From the NCBI RefSeq assembly GCF_001194135.2, contig NC_068992.1, positions 64,684,164 to 64,717,163 of the forward strand: a stretch of DNA of 33,000 bases. Direction: 5' to 3'. The DNA is from Octopus bimaculoides (lineage: Eukaryota). Shown here one piece after another: positions 11,405-22,280 of the stretch (its first letter is position 1; each line of letters starts with the position of its first letter). A program made the translations under genes and the position numbers. The notes beneath the pieces were generated by a model, which saw only the letters and a program-made list of their open reading frames with translations, was not told the origin of the DNA and searched no databases.

Positions 11405-12467
11405 CTGAAATGATAGATTTGAAATATTATTTACACAACTCAGCTGTTTGAGTATTGATTTTGAGTTCCTTCAGTTCTTTATTAAGGTGTTGATCTTATT
11501 CGTCCTAGCACTCTCTATTTGTCTTTACGTTTTGTAGGGGAGAGACATTAAATTCTTTCCATCCCCCTCCAATAATATTTATATCAGTTCAATATATAGA
11601 TTCTACTGCTTGACTCTTCTCCTGTTCAGAAATATCCATCAAACATGTGATTAGCATTTTTGATCCTAATTCACTCTTAATGTCGTAAACCACTCATCCG
11701 TGAACCGCTTGAAAATGCACCTCATCACTAGGGACACAAACTAGTGGCACAGGATATGACTCGTATCATTGAAATCCATCGATTAGAAAGAAAGTTATTA
11801 TGTTCTGAACACACCTACCCATTCTTACTCTGTTTTGGCCAAATCCTTCTTTGAACAGGGAGTTAAAACACCAGAGAACTGTAGATGAGCATAAGATTTA
11901 AGAGAATGGCTCTCCATGCGACACTAATGGTAGGACATGGATTTAGCAGTGCAGAGCAATAGAACAGTCAACAATTATACACAGCTCCCACTGCATACAG
12001 TGGTAAGATGTAGCACTTAGGGGTACCTATTCACAGTAAGGTGGACTAAACTAGTGAGACTTAAACAGCACTGGAGATGAAGTTTTGATTATTTATGTGA
12101 AAAGTGACACTTTGTGAAGGAAGAGTTTACTTTGAAACAAGTAACACCTTCATCATCAATATTATCACCATCTCCACCACCACAACTGCCACCATCATCA
12201 TCATCATCATCATCAGATGGGAGGTTTGGGGGAATAAAGGAGGGAAGAAAGAAAAAATTAACCACAAGGTTGTGAAAAAAGACAACCCAGACTTGAAAGG
12301 TAATAGGATGGGTTATTTAGTGGTGGAGGGGAAGGTCTATAAATATTTTCAGAAAAGATTTTCAAGTTGGCTCTACTAGTATTTTGAACCCAGTCATTTT
12401 GAAATCTCAAATTCACTAACATACATCATTGGATATTTTAAAATGGGTTAATAAAATATTTTTTTAC

Positions 12468-12694
12468 TTCATTGATTTTGAAAGGTTTATCCATAAAATG
12501 CAGTTTTAAGCCTGTTACTTTATCATCTTCATACGTCTTCAAATGGAAATTATCAACACAGTTAGATTTATGTTCACAGTGATTTCGCCAAATTAAACCT
12601 TTAGAGAAAGAAGATAGTGTGTCTTGAATTATTTCTACAGCGAAAGTTTGCTCATGTTCTTCAGGAGAACTAATTCTCAGATACCAATTTTTAC
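12468..12694 (-). CDS. Secreted four-repeat protein, exon 8 (KNWYLRISSPEEHEQTFAVEII...KPFKINE), phase 1->0
   Basis: Strong acceptor tttttttctttattgcag, 227 nt open. The donor GAA|GTAAAA is weaker but sits at the same position in the repeat as the phase-0 introns of repeats 1-3. Confidence 0.82.
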
Positions 12695-12737
12695 CTGCAA
12701 TAAAGAAAAAAATGAATTATTTTCTCAGTATGCGAGT

Positions 12738-12748
12738 GTGTGTGTGTA

Positions 12749-12803
<55 letters not shown>

Positions 12804-12820
12804 AGAGAGAGAGAGAGAGA
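12738..12820. repeat. Compound (TG)n(TA)n(GA)n microsatellite
   Basis: Direct reading. Confidence 0.95.
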
Positions 12821-13571
12821 AGGAGGGAGAGAGCAATAACAAAATGGAGGGGATAAATAGGTGGTATTTATCAACTTTTAGACATTATATTATGTCAATT
12901 TATTTATTTACTAAAAGGACAATTATAACAATATACATACATGTATGACATATAATGCTTTACATATATAATATATAAAGTATAAAATATTAGTAATTAT
13001 TAAAATATATAACATAGACCAATAGAAATTGGGATAATATCTTACAGCTGTTTCAACCAAGAGGCAATAATACCTCATTCTACTTTTATCCCTCCAGTGG
13101 ACTGAAGTAACTAGTAGATGAAATTGAGGTACTTGGGTGTTTCTCTAGGCTTAGTCAGAGATTTTAGAAAGTACATAGGGTCAAGTTACAAATATAAATA
13201 CACACATATGTACATAATTTTACATATACATACATATACATAAATATACATAAATACATATACCTACACATAAATGTACATGCATATGTGTATGTATATG
13301 CATACAAATGAATCAATTATGATTATTATTATTAGATGCATTATATTATTCATATTAGATAAAATATAAACAGAGGTATGAGAAAGTTATTATAAGAGGA
13401 GTAATATTGTAATTTATAAAATCAATATATCTTAAAATTATTTTAGTTATGTAAGAATGAAACTGTGTGTACATGAGGAATATACATACATATACGCACA
13501 TACATATATATTTCCATACAAACATACTAATAGGTGTGTGTGAATGGTTTCGTTGTTCAATAAAATCTTAC

Positions 13572-13665
13572 TTTGCAGTAGTTTGCATGAATATTTAGCT
13601 GAGACTGTCTTGTATAGGTTAGTACAACCATATTCTTCTCCAGTAAGTATACTTGTCAGGGCAAG
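13572..13665 (-). CDS. Secreted four-repeat protein, exon 7 (LALTSILTGEEYGCTNLYKTVSAKYSCKLLQ), phase 0->1
   Basis: Acceptor ataatttttcag, donor A|GTAAGA, 94 nt. Confidence 0.88.
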
Positions 13666-13788
13666 CTGAAAAATTATGAAACAATTCACTTTAAGTTAAT
13701 TACTTTTATTATATATTTAAATTAATGCAAACACTTACATTGATATAAGGGCAGTCCTTGTCATTTTGAACTTCATTTTTATCATTAA

Positions 13789-14858
13789 TCATCATCCTCG
13801 TTTAACGTCCGCTTTCCATGCTAGTATGGGTTGGACGATTTGACTGAGGACTGGTGAACCAGATGGCTACACCAGGCTCCAATCTGATTTGGCAGAGTTT
13901 CTACAGCTGGATGCCCTTCCTAACACCAACCACACCGAGAGGGTAGTGGGTGCTTTTACGTGCCACGGCATGAAGGCTAGTCAGGCAGTACTGGCAACAG
14001 CCACACTCAAAATGGTGTCTTTTATGTGCCACCTGCACAGGAGTCAGTCCAGTGGCACTGGTAATGACCTCGCTCGAATGTCTTTTCACGTGCTACCGGC
14101 ACAAGTGCCAGTAAGGCGACGCTGGTAATGATCACGCACAAATGGTGCTATGTACGTGCCACTGGAACGGAAGCCAGGCAGCTGCTCTGGCAACGATCAC
14201 GCTCGGATGGTGCTCTTAGCGATCCACTGGCACAGGTGCCATCATGATTTTGCTTTCACTTGCCCCAAAGGTCTTCGCAAGCAGAGTTTAGTGTCCAATG
14301 AAAGAGATGTTAGCATGGGTGCCAGTCGTCGAATTTAGTTCGATTTCGATTTCACTTGCCTCAACAGGTCTTCACAAGTGGAGTTTAGTGTCCAATGAAG
14401 GAAAAGTACGCATAAGTGGGCTGGCTACTCCCCTGGCGGAGGCCTTGGATTTAGGTCTCACTTGGCTTGCCGGGTCTTCTCACGCACAGCACATTTCCAA
14501 AGGTGTCGGTCAGAAGTCATTGCCTCGGTGAGGCCCAATGTTCGAAGGTCGTGCTTCACCACCTAATCCCAGGTCTTCTTGGGTCTACCTCTTCCACAGG
14601 TTCCCTCAACTGCTAGGGTGTGGCACTTTTTCACACAGCTACCCTCATCCATTCTCACCACATGACCATACCAGCACAATCGTCTCTCTTGCACACCACA
14701 ACTGATGCTTCTCAGGCCCAACTTTTCTCTCAAGGCACTTACACTCTGTCGAGTATGCACACTGACATTACACATCCAGTGGAGCATACTGGCTTCATTT
14801 CTTGCGAGCTTACACATGTCCTCAGCAGTCATGGCCCATGTTTTACTGCCATATATAG
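13789..14858 (-). mobile_element. 5'-truncated RTE-clade LINE (ORF2 C-terminus, 3' UTR, (CAT)n tail) in intron 6 of the secreted-protein gene
   Basis: GSKTWAMTAEDMCKLARNEASMLHWMC..ERRLCWYGHVVRMDEG..GRGRPKKTWD; 3' end catcatcctcgtttaacgtccgctttccatgctag. Confidence 0.93.
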
Positions 14859-14920
14859 TGATCAATAAAAATCCTCACATCTTCCATCTCTCTCATTAAT
14901 CATATATATATATATATATA

Positions 14921-14969
14921 TCATCATCATCATCATCATCATCGTTTAACGTCCGCTTTCCATGCTAGC
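14921..14969 (-). mobile_element. RTE 3'-end stub with (CAT)n tail
   Basis: (CAT)n cgtttaacgtccgctttccatgctagca only. Confidence 0.8.
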
Positions 14970-15089
14970 AACACACACATATATAAACAGAAAAACACAA
15001 ATGTACATTTGCATACACACACATATGTGTGCAAGTACGTACACAGTGACATACAGAGAATAACTCCATTTAATGTGGGAAACCTCTGA

Positions 15090-15260
15090 CTGGTTGACTT
15101 GCTAGAAATAAGTGCCAAATCTCTTTTAAATCACATCCCACTGTCTTAGAGAAGAAGGACACACTGAATAAAGCCTTTCGGTGATGTTCATGGCTGGAAT
15201 GTCTTTCTTTCTTGATCCAATCAAGCGAGCCCAACCAGGACTTTGATAACGACACAAAAA
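15090..15260 (+). repeat. Unclassified dispersed repeat (related pieces at ~1470-1620 (-) and ~31790-31870 (+))
   Basis: Shared gctagaaata(g)c..aaatc..aaatcaca and atggctggaatg..gatc..atca(g)agcga segments. Confidence 0.45.
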
Positions 15261-15295
15261 TAGAACAGAAAAGATAAAAAACACAGAATTCTTAC

Positions 15296-15528
15296 TTTGA
15301 GAATGTCAAAAGCGTTGTTGGTGTCATTGAAGTATATATCAGCCTTATTTGTTCTTATATTTCCAATATTGGTAAAACCAGCTAATGTGGGAATGTACGC
15401 TAGCTTTCTTAATATTACATGATGTGAAGAATATCTTCCACTGCCATACACTCCAAGAGTTACCTTTATTAACATTATCTTACTTATTTGTCTGGGTTGT
15501 GAGGTTAATTCTACTTTCCACATCGAAG
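15296..15528 (-). CDS. Secreted four-repeat protein, exon 6 (SMWKVELTSQPRQISKIMLIKVTLGVYGSG...NAFDILK), phase 1->0
   Basis: Long polypyrimidine acceptor ttttcttctttcttttttag, donor AAA|GTAAGA, 233 nt open. Confidence 0.9.
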
Positions 15529-16267
15529 CTAAAAAAGAAAGAAGAAAATAATATAAAAAAACAAACAGTCAAAAAGATGGTAGAGTAGTTGTGAGACATT
15601 AACAAATGAAATGTGCTGAAAGAAAAGAAGAAAAATTGGAATTACTTGGCATTTTAAGATCCAAGCTATTCCTCAAAGGATGGTGACTGAAATATTTCTT
15701 GGAATAATTTTGTTGAAATACAATGTCTTCGTCTCAATTAATTTAGAGAATGACGAAGCATTTATTAAATAACTCTGGAATTTTAATGAAGGGTTTTCCA
15801 TGTAGACCACTTTAAAACAAAGAATTGATATTAGGGAAGTAGGGGCCATCTTTGGCAGGTTGGCACCAAAATGGTTCAGAAGTAAATGAATGGTAGCTGT
15901 TAATATTTGTAATCATATTAAATTCAATGATTTAAATAATGAATAGGAGAAAGAATTATCATTAACAATATTTATTACTAACATTAAACACTTTCGATAT
16001 ATATGTAACAATTTATTGTATGTTTTGTATGTAAATCAAACAAAATGTGAACTTGTAAAAGGTGAGAGCTGCAATATCTCATATAAATAAAATCAGAATT
16101 GCCTTTTAATAGTGAGAATAATTTCTTAGAGAGAAAGTGGGGGAGTAAAAATAATATTTAATGAAACAATATTCATCCAAGATCTAAAATTACAAGGTGT
16201 CCCAGCTACAATACGAATGGTCTCTACGGAGGGCTTAATTCTAAGGCTTTTGTAAGCCTGCTGAAAC

Positions 16268-16531
16268 TTCATCATCATCATTGTTTAACATCCATTGTCC
16301 ATGCTGGTAACATGGAAGGCTGCACCAAACTCCAGTCTGATTTGGCATAGTTTTCTGCAGCTGGATGCCTTTCCTAATGCTAACCACTCTAAGAGTCTAA
16401 TGGTTGCTTTTATGTCCCACCGGCACAGGTGCCATTTGCGTGACACCAGTATGTGCCACGACTGTGATTTTACTTGACTTGATGGTTCTTCTTCTCAAGT
16501 ACAACATAATGCCAAAGGTCTTGATCATGGC
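16268..16531 (-). mobile_element. Diverged, internally deleted RTE 3' fragment
   Basis: (CAT)n, then ..ctccagtctgatttggcatagttttctgcagctggatgcc.., matching the 3' UTR of the other copies. Confidence 0.8.
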
Positions 16532-16753
16532 AGAATGTAGTGTTTAGTTTTAGATCTTTGGTTTGGGAAATGGATTTGGTGTCAGGAAGATTTATCTGTT
16601 GAAAGTAACATCAACAGCATGGAACATTTAGAATTCATCCTGCTCCCTCTCTTTATTATCAATAACATCTGGTAAAAGCCACACAGGTAACAAGACAGAA
16701 CTATTTCATTGTTTCTTTTAAGATTATATGAGAAATACTTTTTATCAACTTAC

Positions 16754-16853
16754 CATTTACCAATAAACATTCATGGTAAGAAAGGTGAGAAAATGGAGTA
16801 TGAAGATAAATACAGGAATACGTTTCGGAAGTTTTCATATTCTTCAGTTTGAT
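16754..16853 (-). CDS. Secreted four-repeat protein, exon 5 (IKLKNMKTSETYSCIYLHTPFSHLSYHECLLVN), phase 0->1
   Basis: Acceptor gttattttaatttag, donor G|GTAAGT, 100 nt; 110-nt intron from exon 4. Confidence 0.9.
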
Positions 16854-16963
16854 CTAAATTAAAATAACAAAAAACAAACAAAATTACATCTCCAGGAATT
16901 ACATGGGTTTACACAGGTGTCACATTTGTCCTGGATCCAGTAATAATAAAGAGTTTTACTTAC

Positions 16964-17169
16964 ATCTGTGTCCAGATTAAATTTTCCTTTTGTCAATAAC
17001 TTTATTTTTAATGGTGTATATGTTTCCATAGGTAGAAAGAATGATTTTTTTGATGTTTTAGAATTTTCTCTAAATGGTACTCTTATTTTAACATAAGGTG
17101 CTAACTCTAAAAAAAGCTCATAATTGCCATATGCCTTCTCACGTTTAACTTCAATGGTCCAGTGTGTCC
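16964..17169 (-). CDS. Secreted four-repeat protein, exon 4 (THWTIEVKREKAYGNYELFLEL...KFNLDTD), phase 1->0
   Basis: Acceptor cttacttttctag, donor GAT|GTAAGT, 206 nt open. Confidence 0.9.
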
Positions 17170-17685
17170 CTAGAAAAGTAAGAGACAATAAACACGTGTC
17201 ATCATCAGGGACAACAAAATTTCAAAATTAATAAACATAAAAGAATCATCATCTTGTAAGGAGGTTGGATATAAAATCAAATCTTTAGAATATGATTGGA
17301 AAACATTTAGTTTTTCTGCTCTTCAACCATAGATTTATTACATTTCTTTTCATTTGTAATTTATTTAGATTTATTGATTTCTATATCAAACAACAGAAGG
17401 AGAGGCTTTAAAAACTTTAAATAGTCACACATATGAGAAGGTACCACTAAATGTAGAATAATGTGTCTTTCCTGGGGATTGAAAGGCAACAATAGGATTT
17501 GAACTCATAATATTGATCTTTGCAGTTGAGCTCACTAATATTACAGTCACTATGCTTCCTTGTGCATTTTGTAGGGTGTGGAGGTTGTACAAAAGAAAAC
17601 AATTCCTTGAGGAATTAAAAGAGAGAAAAAAAAAAAAACAGTAAAAGAACAAATAATGAAGAACAGTTCTGAGGCAAAATCTTAC

Positions 17686-17773
17686 AATTTGCTAATGTCA
17701 ATTCAGATCCGCTGCATGGTGTTTGGCACAGAACACCATACACTTCCTGAAGATCCTGATTTTGGACAATTGC
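17686..17773 (-). CDS. Secreted four-repeat protein, exon 3 (AIVQNQDLQEVYGVLCQTPCSGSELTLAN), phase 0->1
   Basis: Acceptor cttctattttag, donor |GTAAGA, 88 nt; only this frame is open through to the donor. Confidence 0.8.
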
Positions 17774-17814
17774 CTAAAATAGAAGTACATCAGTGAAGGA
17801 TTTTAAAATAATTT

Positions 17815-17985
17815 CATGATGATGATGCTGGGAATGATGATGGTGGTGGTGGTGGAGGTGAGGGGGTGATGATGTTAGTGGTGGTGGTGGTAGTGGTGGT
17901 GATGTTGGTGATGGTTGTGTTGGTGAGGATGTCCATGGTGAGAGTGATGATGACGATAATGATGATGATGGGGATGATGATGATA
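17815..17985. repeat. Compound (GAT)n/(GGT)n trinucleotide tract in intron 2
   Basis: Direct reading; it explains the His/Pro/Ser/Ile-run ORFs in the track. Confidence 0.92.
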
Positions 17986-18465
17986 ATGACAGTAAAACAT
18001 TTGTAGCGAGACCAAATGAAAACAGCAAAAATATATGTGTTAAAAATTTCAGTTGATCTATTCGGCACAGGGTGGATGGAACTATGCAAATTGTGGAATA
18101 CACCCAACAGTGTTTTGAGTTGAAATATAGTTGGTTCAGTCAAAAGTTCAAATGCAGCTGGGGGGTTGAAATGGGAAATAAAAGTTATTTCCAGATGTTT
18201 TCTCGGAGGAACTAAAGTTAGCGTAAATATAATTTATTTATGCCATTCATTGTTCACCATTACACTAAGGTCTTCTTGACCCCCCCCCCCCNNNNNNNNN
18301 NNNNNNNNNNNNNNAAAATATTGTGAAATTTAATTGGAACATTCTGCATATAAAACACATTAATTACCTGTTTCAGCTTATTTCTTTTAAAATACCAAAA
18401 TACCATAATTCTTGATGAAACAGGTGTAATAAAATCTGTGTGTGTGTGTGTTTATTTTAATTTAC

Positions 18466-18662
18466 CTTGAACTCAAAAGACGGACCAACTTTAATAACTT
18501 GTGGTCTTGTTTCGTTATCCAAGTTAATTTCAGTTTTGCAGCAGTCCTCCATATTTGCACATGGTATGTTTTTATATTTATCCTTGTTCAAAGTAACGTG
18601 AACTGGATTACTATGTACCTCAGTGAAACAAACTTGTACATCCCATTTTCTGGCCTGGGTAT
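18466..18662 (-). CDS. Secreted four-repeat protein, exon 2 (TQARKWDVQVCFTEVHSNPV...VGPSFEFK), phase 1->0
   Basis: Acceptor ttatttgtcag, donor AAG|GTAAAT, 197 nt, open and phase-compatible on both sides. Confidence 0.85.
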
Positions 18663-18784
18663 CTGACAAATAATTTGAAAAAAAAGAAAAATGTTTGTCA
18701 ATTATTTTTAAAACATCTTAAAAATATTTATACTGTGAATAGTTATTCTATTCTTCTCCTCTCTAGGCTCCAATATACTCAGCT

Positions 18785-18930
18785 GAAAAAAAAGGTACCA
18801 GCACTAGATTGGTACTTATTTTCAGGTGTGACATGAAAAGAATCCCCTTGTTCAAGGATGCAATGCATCGCCCTGTCTAAGAATTGAACCCATGAACCTA
18901 TGTTTGTGAACCCAACATCTTGAGCCTTCA
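18785..18930 (-). mobile_element. Degenerate tRNA-derived SINE head and body
   Basis: Reverse complement reads ggttcatgggttcaattc..gcatccttgaacaagg..ataagtaccaatc. Confidence 0.5.
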
Positions 18931-19624
18931 CAAAGGTTAAATAATAATAAAGAAATAGCATGAAATTGGTTTGTTATTATGAAATTAAATAGATTTTAGT
19001 TCAATAAAGTAATTGTGATTTAGAGTAAAAATTGTAATTTTGGCAGAAAGCACTTTTTTGTGTTGGGGTGGGGTGAAGAATGTTCTGTCATCATAGAACC
19101 TCACAAAGAATGGTGCAAACAAACTCCCTTTAAATGGGAAAACCAAGTTCAAATGACTGCAGTACAGGAATTCTGCAATAGCATTAAACTTTTAGCTACC
19201 ATATTTCTGTTGAAATGCACTGCCAATTAATTTTGGAAGTTGTGAAGAATTCATTGAAATAACTTTGTCATTATGAAGCTAATGAGATTTTGATGGAAGC
19301 TTTTACTTCACATCATTTTAAAACAGAGAATGTCTATGATTCAACCAGGAGTGACGTTATTATGCAGTTTGGGGTCAAAAAGATTAAACCAAGTGACAGA
19401 TAAAGTCAACCATCCAAGAACAGGAACAGAAATGAACTCTACAACAAGCTACCACAGAATCCTCAACTATCCAGTTCCACTCTTTAGACTTTAGCTGACC
19501 TGAGGCTGTTGCACAAGCCCCTAATCCAAGGTACCATACAGTAGAAACTGACCTGAAAACAAACCTCTTCATCATACACAGCCATACATAATGATTGCAG
19601 AAATAAATAAATAAGAGAACTTAC

Positions 19625-19679
19625 AAAGGAAATGAGGTAAAACAAGGAATGAAATACTCCAATAGGAAAGAACCAGCAT
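19625..19679 (-). CDS. Secreted four-repeat protein, coding exon 1 (signal peptide MLVLSYWSISFLVLPHFL + phase 1)
   Basis: gccATG start, 18 mostly hydrophobic codons, strong donor T|GTAAGT. Joins in frame to the next exon to give ..FLYTQA/RKW, a plausible signal-peptidase site. The ATG choice is inferred; the frame is open a little further upstream. Confidence 0.7.
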
Positions 19680-19937
19680 GGCAGTGGATGGAACGAATTG
19701 GATGTTCTTGACAAATGGTAACTTTCCTTTTATTCTTGAAATCTTTTCTAAACACTCAGTGTTGATTAGACTTTTCTAAATGTTTGTAGACAGGAATATT
19801 ATTAATTTCTTTACTTTCTTCTGTTTAAATGTATTTACAAACTGTAAAGAAAAAGAATAACATTTTTGGGACTTCAAATTTCTAGGTTGTTTTTTTGTTT
19901 TTTTAATAAATCAACAGAACTGAAAGTCTGACAGAGA

Positions 19938-20002
19938 TCATCATCATCATCATCATCATCATCGTTTAACGTCCGCTTTCCATGCTAGCATGAGTTGGAC
20001 GA
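19938..20002 (-). mobile_element. RTE 3'-end stub with (CAT)n tail
   Basis: (CAT)n cgtttaacgtccgctttccatgctagcatgagttggacg. Confidence 0.82.
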
Positions 20003-20129
20003 GCGAGATCTGGGGATATATTTTTTTAATGTTTGGACAATTGGATTTTAGCTTTTATAACATATCTGGCAGTTATAACGAAGCTTTTTATAACTGAATA
20101 ATAGATAGAAACATACATATATAGAATAT

Positions 20130-20485
20130 ATTACACTAATTATTTTTTGCTTTTGAACTCGGGTCAAACACTATAGTTTAGAGGCCAGGGACTGACGATG
20201 TGTGACGATGTGAATGTTCCGAGTCCTCTCCCCACCCCGCCTTTCGCGAGAGCGCATTTTTTTTTCATATTCGTTCAGAGCAAGTTGTTTAACATCTATT
20301 ACACTATTTTTCTTTTGTTTCTTGGCTCCGGTGAGACGTCTCGGAACATTCACGATGTGAATGTTCCAATGTTCTGAGCCCTCTCCCCCCCCGTTCGCGA
20401 GCGCGCATTTTTTTTCTTCATATTCGTTCCCAGCAAGTTTTTATTTTTAAATTTTTTGTTACCGGGTCAAACGCTTTAGTTTAAC
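20130..20485 (-). repeat. Tandem array (~2.3 copies) of a ~150-bp unit
   Basis: Repeated gacgatgtgaatgttcc..gcgcatttttttttcatattcgtt..gcaagtt and cgggtcaaac blocks. Confidence 0.8.
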
Positions 20486-20494
20486 CGTTAATTC

Positions 20495-20950
20495 ATGTTA
20501 TATATATATATATATGCGTTTGTTTGTGTGTGTGTGTGTATGCATACATGTGCATGTACGTATGCATATGTGTACATGTGTATGTATGTATGTATGTATG
20601 TGAGTATTTGGGTACGTGTGTTGACTTATCTGCGTGTGTATATGTAAACGTATGTTTATGTACTGATATGTTCAAGTTGTGTATATAACTGTTACTCTGT
20701 CGAAGGGTCAATGTCTTACATACACACATGCAAAGATAAACCTACCTATGCATTCGTACAAGCACACACAATCATATAAATGCGTACACACATACATATA
20801 CGTATAATTTTACAGTATACACATATATACATTTATTCATCTATAAATGTCTATTTTCACATACAACGTTTAAAGACAAATACACACATACGTACGTACA
20901 TGCGTATGTACATGCATATACACGCATACATACACAGACGTATATATATC
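20495..20950. repeat. Degenerate (TA)/(TG)/(CA) purine-pyrimidine microsatellite field
   Basis: Direct reading. Confidence 0.85.
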
Positions 20951-21169
20951 ATGAATTAACTGCTACTTTGTCAGTTGCAGCTCCAAGTTCAATCAATGAA
21001 CAGGTCGCAGGCTTACAAACATCTTCCACATCTCTTTTGGGATTACCGTTGTTTTTTGAACTATTATACAACTTTTGCTATTTTCCGGGTCTTCTGGACA
21101 CATTGCCTGCTTAGGCAGGTTCGTTTTTTTTTTGTGCGAATTCTCCCTGTATAAAATTTTTTACACAAT

Positions 21170-22270
21170 CAGTACAACATGGAAGTTGACGTCTCCCAAC
21201 ATGTAATTCCAGACTTCTTGGAGGAATTGTGCAGACAAATGTTACCCTCCCTCCCATTTTGCCAAACGAAGGAAGAGAAAAACATACCAGAGAATGGTAA
21301 AACCGACTTCCGAATTGAAACACAGAATGGTAATGGAAAAATGAACTAGGCGTCCGTGGCCGGCGTCACTAGAGAAACAGTGCAATTCGGCCAGGGCGAG
21401 CTCGAAAAATATAAAAGCTTATTGCAGAGGGAAAGAGCGAACATGAAGCTGACTCCCCCAGAAGAATTGATATACAACACAAAACGCAAAGCAATAGTTT
21501 ACAGAACTCTGTCCCTGGTAACAAAAAAGATAGAGATGGCATCTAAGGATACTATCGAAAATGCCTACTACCAATTTGGCACGACATAAAATACGTAAAT
21601 AGAGGCAGGCACTTCGACTCAGTCTAGGTGAGATTCGTTTCCGAAGAGGAACCAAAGGAACACTCTACGTCTCCCTTAAAGTTGACAGATCTGATGTTAC
21701 TGCCGACTTACCTTGGAAGACGAATATGGAAAATAAGGATAGCGGGGGTCCCACGATGCGATGCGGCTGGTGGCGGCTGTACTGCTGAACCTGGAGGATA
21801 GAGCCACTATCCTTCAGGCCACCCGGCTACACCAGCAGACCTGGTGGGGCCAATGTCAGGAGCTAATAATCCAGGCCACCCAGAAAAAACTTGGAAGAGA
21901 TTACAAAACAAACAATATTGTCGGACGAGACCACGCTAAGAGTCATGGTGGACGGGCAAAAGGGCTCCACGTGCCCACAGGTCCTTCAACCAAAAGCACT
22001 CCCTCCAATTAACCCATCACAGTCTGATGACCCGAAAAAAAGCAAGGGGGAGCCAACCAGTACGGCGACGAAAACCCATCAACCCACCACAGACTGACAA
22101 CCCGAAAGAAAAAAAGAAGTCGACCAACACCACGATAAAGCAGCCCACATCAAAGGTGCCAAGGGGAATTGGAGGACCCCAAGAGGGACACCCCAAAGGA
22201 ACTACTTCCAACCTTATTCGGAGAGCGATGACGGATGGACAATGGTCAAAAAGAGACGAAAAATGAAAGG
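21170..22270 (+). pseudogene. Decayed non-LTR retrotransposon ORF1 (gag-like; L1/Tx1-like) remnant
   Basis: Across stops and frameshifts: KIEMASKDTIENAYYQFG..KYVNRGRHFDSV*VRFVSEEE..LMLLPTYLGRRIWKIRIAGVP..LRVMVDGQKGSTCP, then a low-complexity basic tail and SDDGWTMVKKRRK. These motifs resemble ORF1 RRM/CTD regions; no ORF2 is visible. Confidence 0.55.
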
Positions 22271-22280
22271 GGTTAACCTC

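Noticed and set aside
12438-12598. Shorter exon 8 using the internal ctctaaag acceptor, or read-through to the TAA at 12438
   Set aside because: The upstream acceptor at 12694 is stronger and restores the W-x-L-x-I start of repeat 4, and exon 9 completes the repeat.
17425-17606. Open frame NCFLLYNLHTLQNAQGSIVTVILVSS.. after a polypyrimidine tract in intron 3
   Set aside because: Splicing exon 3 (phase 1) to this acceptor creates TGA at the junction, and only weak donors follow. The chain is already consistent without it; at most a rare alternative exon.
17814-18209. Open frame PPRKHLEITFISHFNPPAAFELLTEP.. with a branch point and TTTAG acceptor in intron 2
   Set aside because: It needs a phase-1 entry but exon 2 ends in phase 0, and the phase-0 reading stops after 8 codons. 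Its length is inflated by the trinucleotide tract.
19384-19575. Minus-strand ORF after a ttttcag acceptor in intron 1
   Set aside because: No donor gives the phase 1 required by exon 2, and there is no recognisable similarity.
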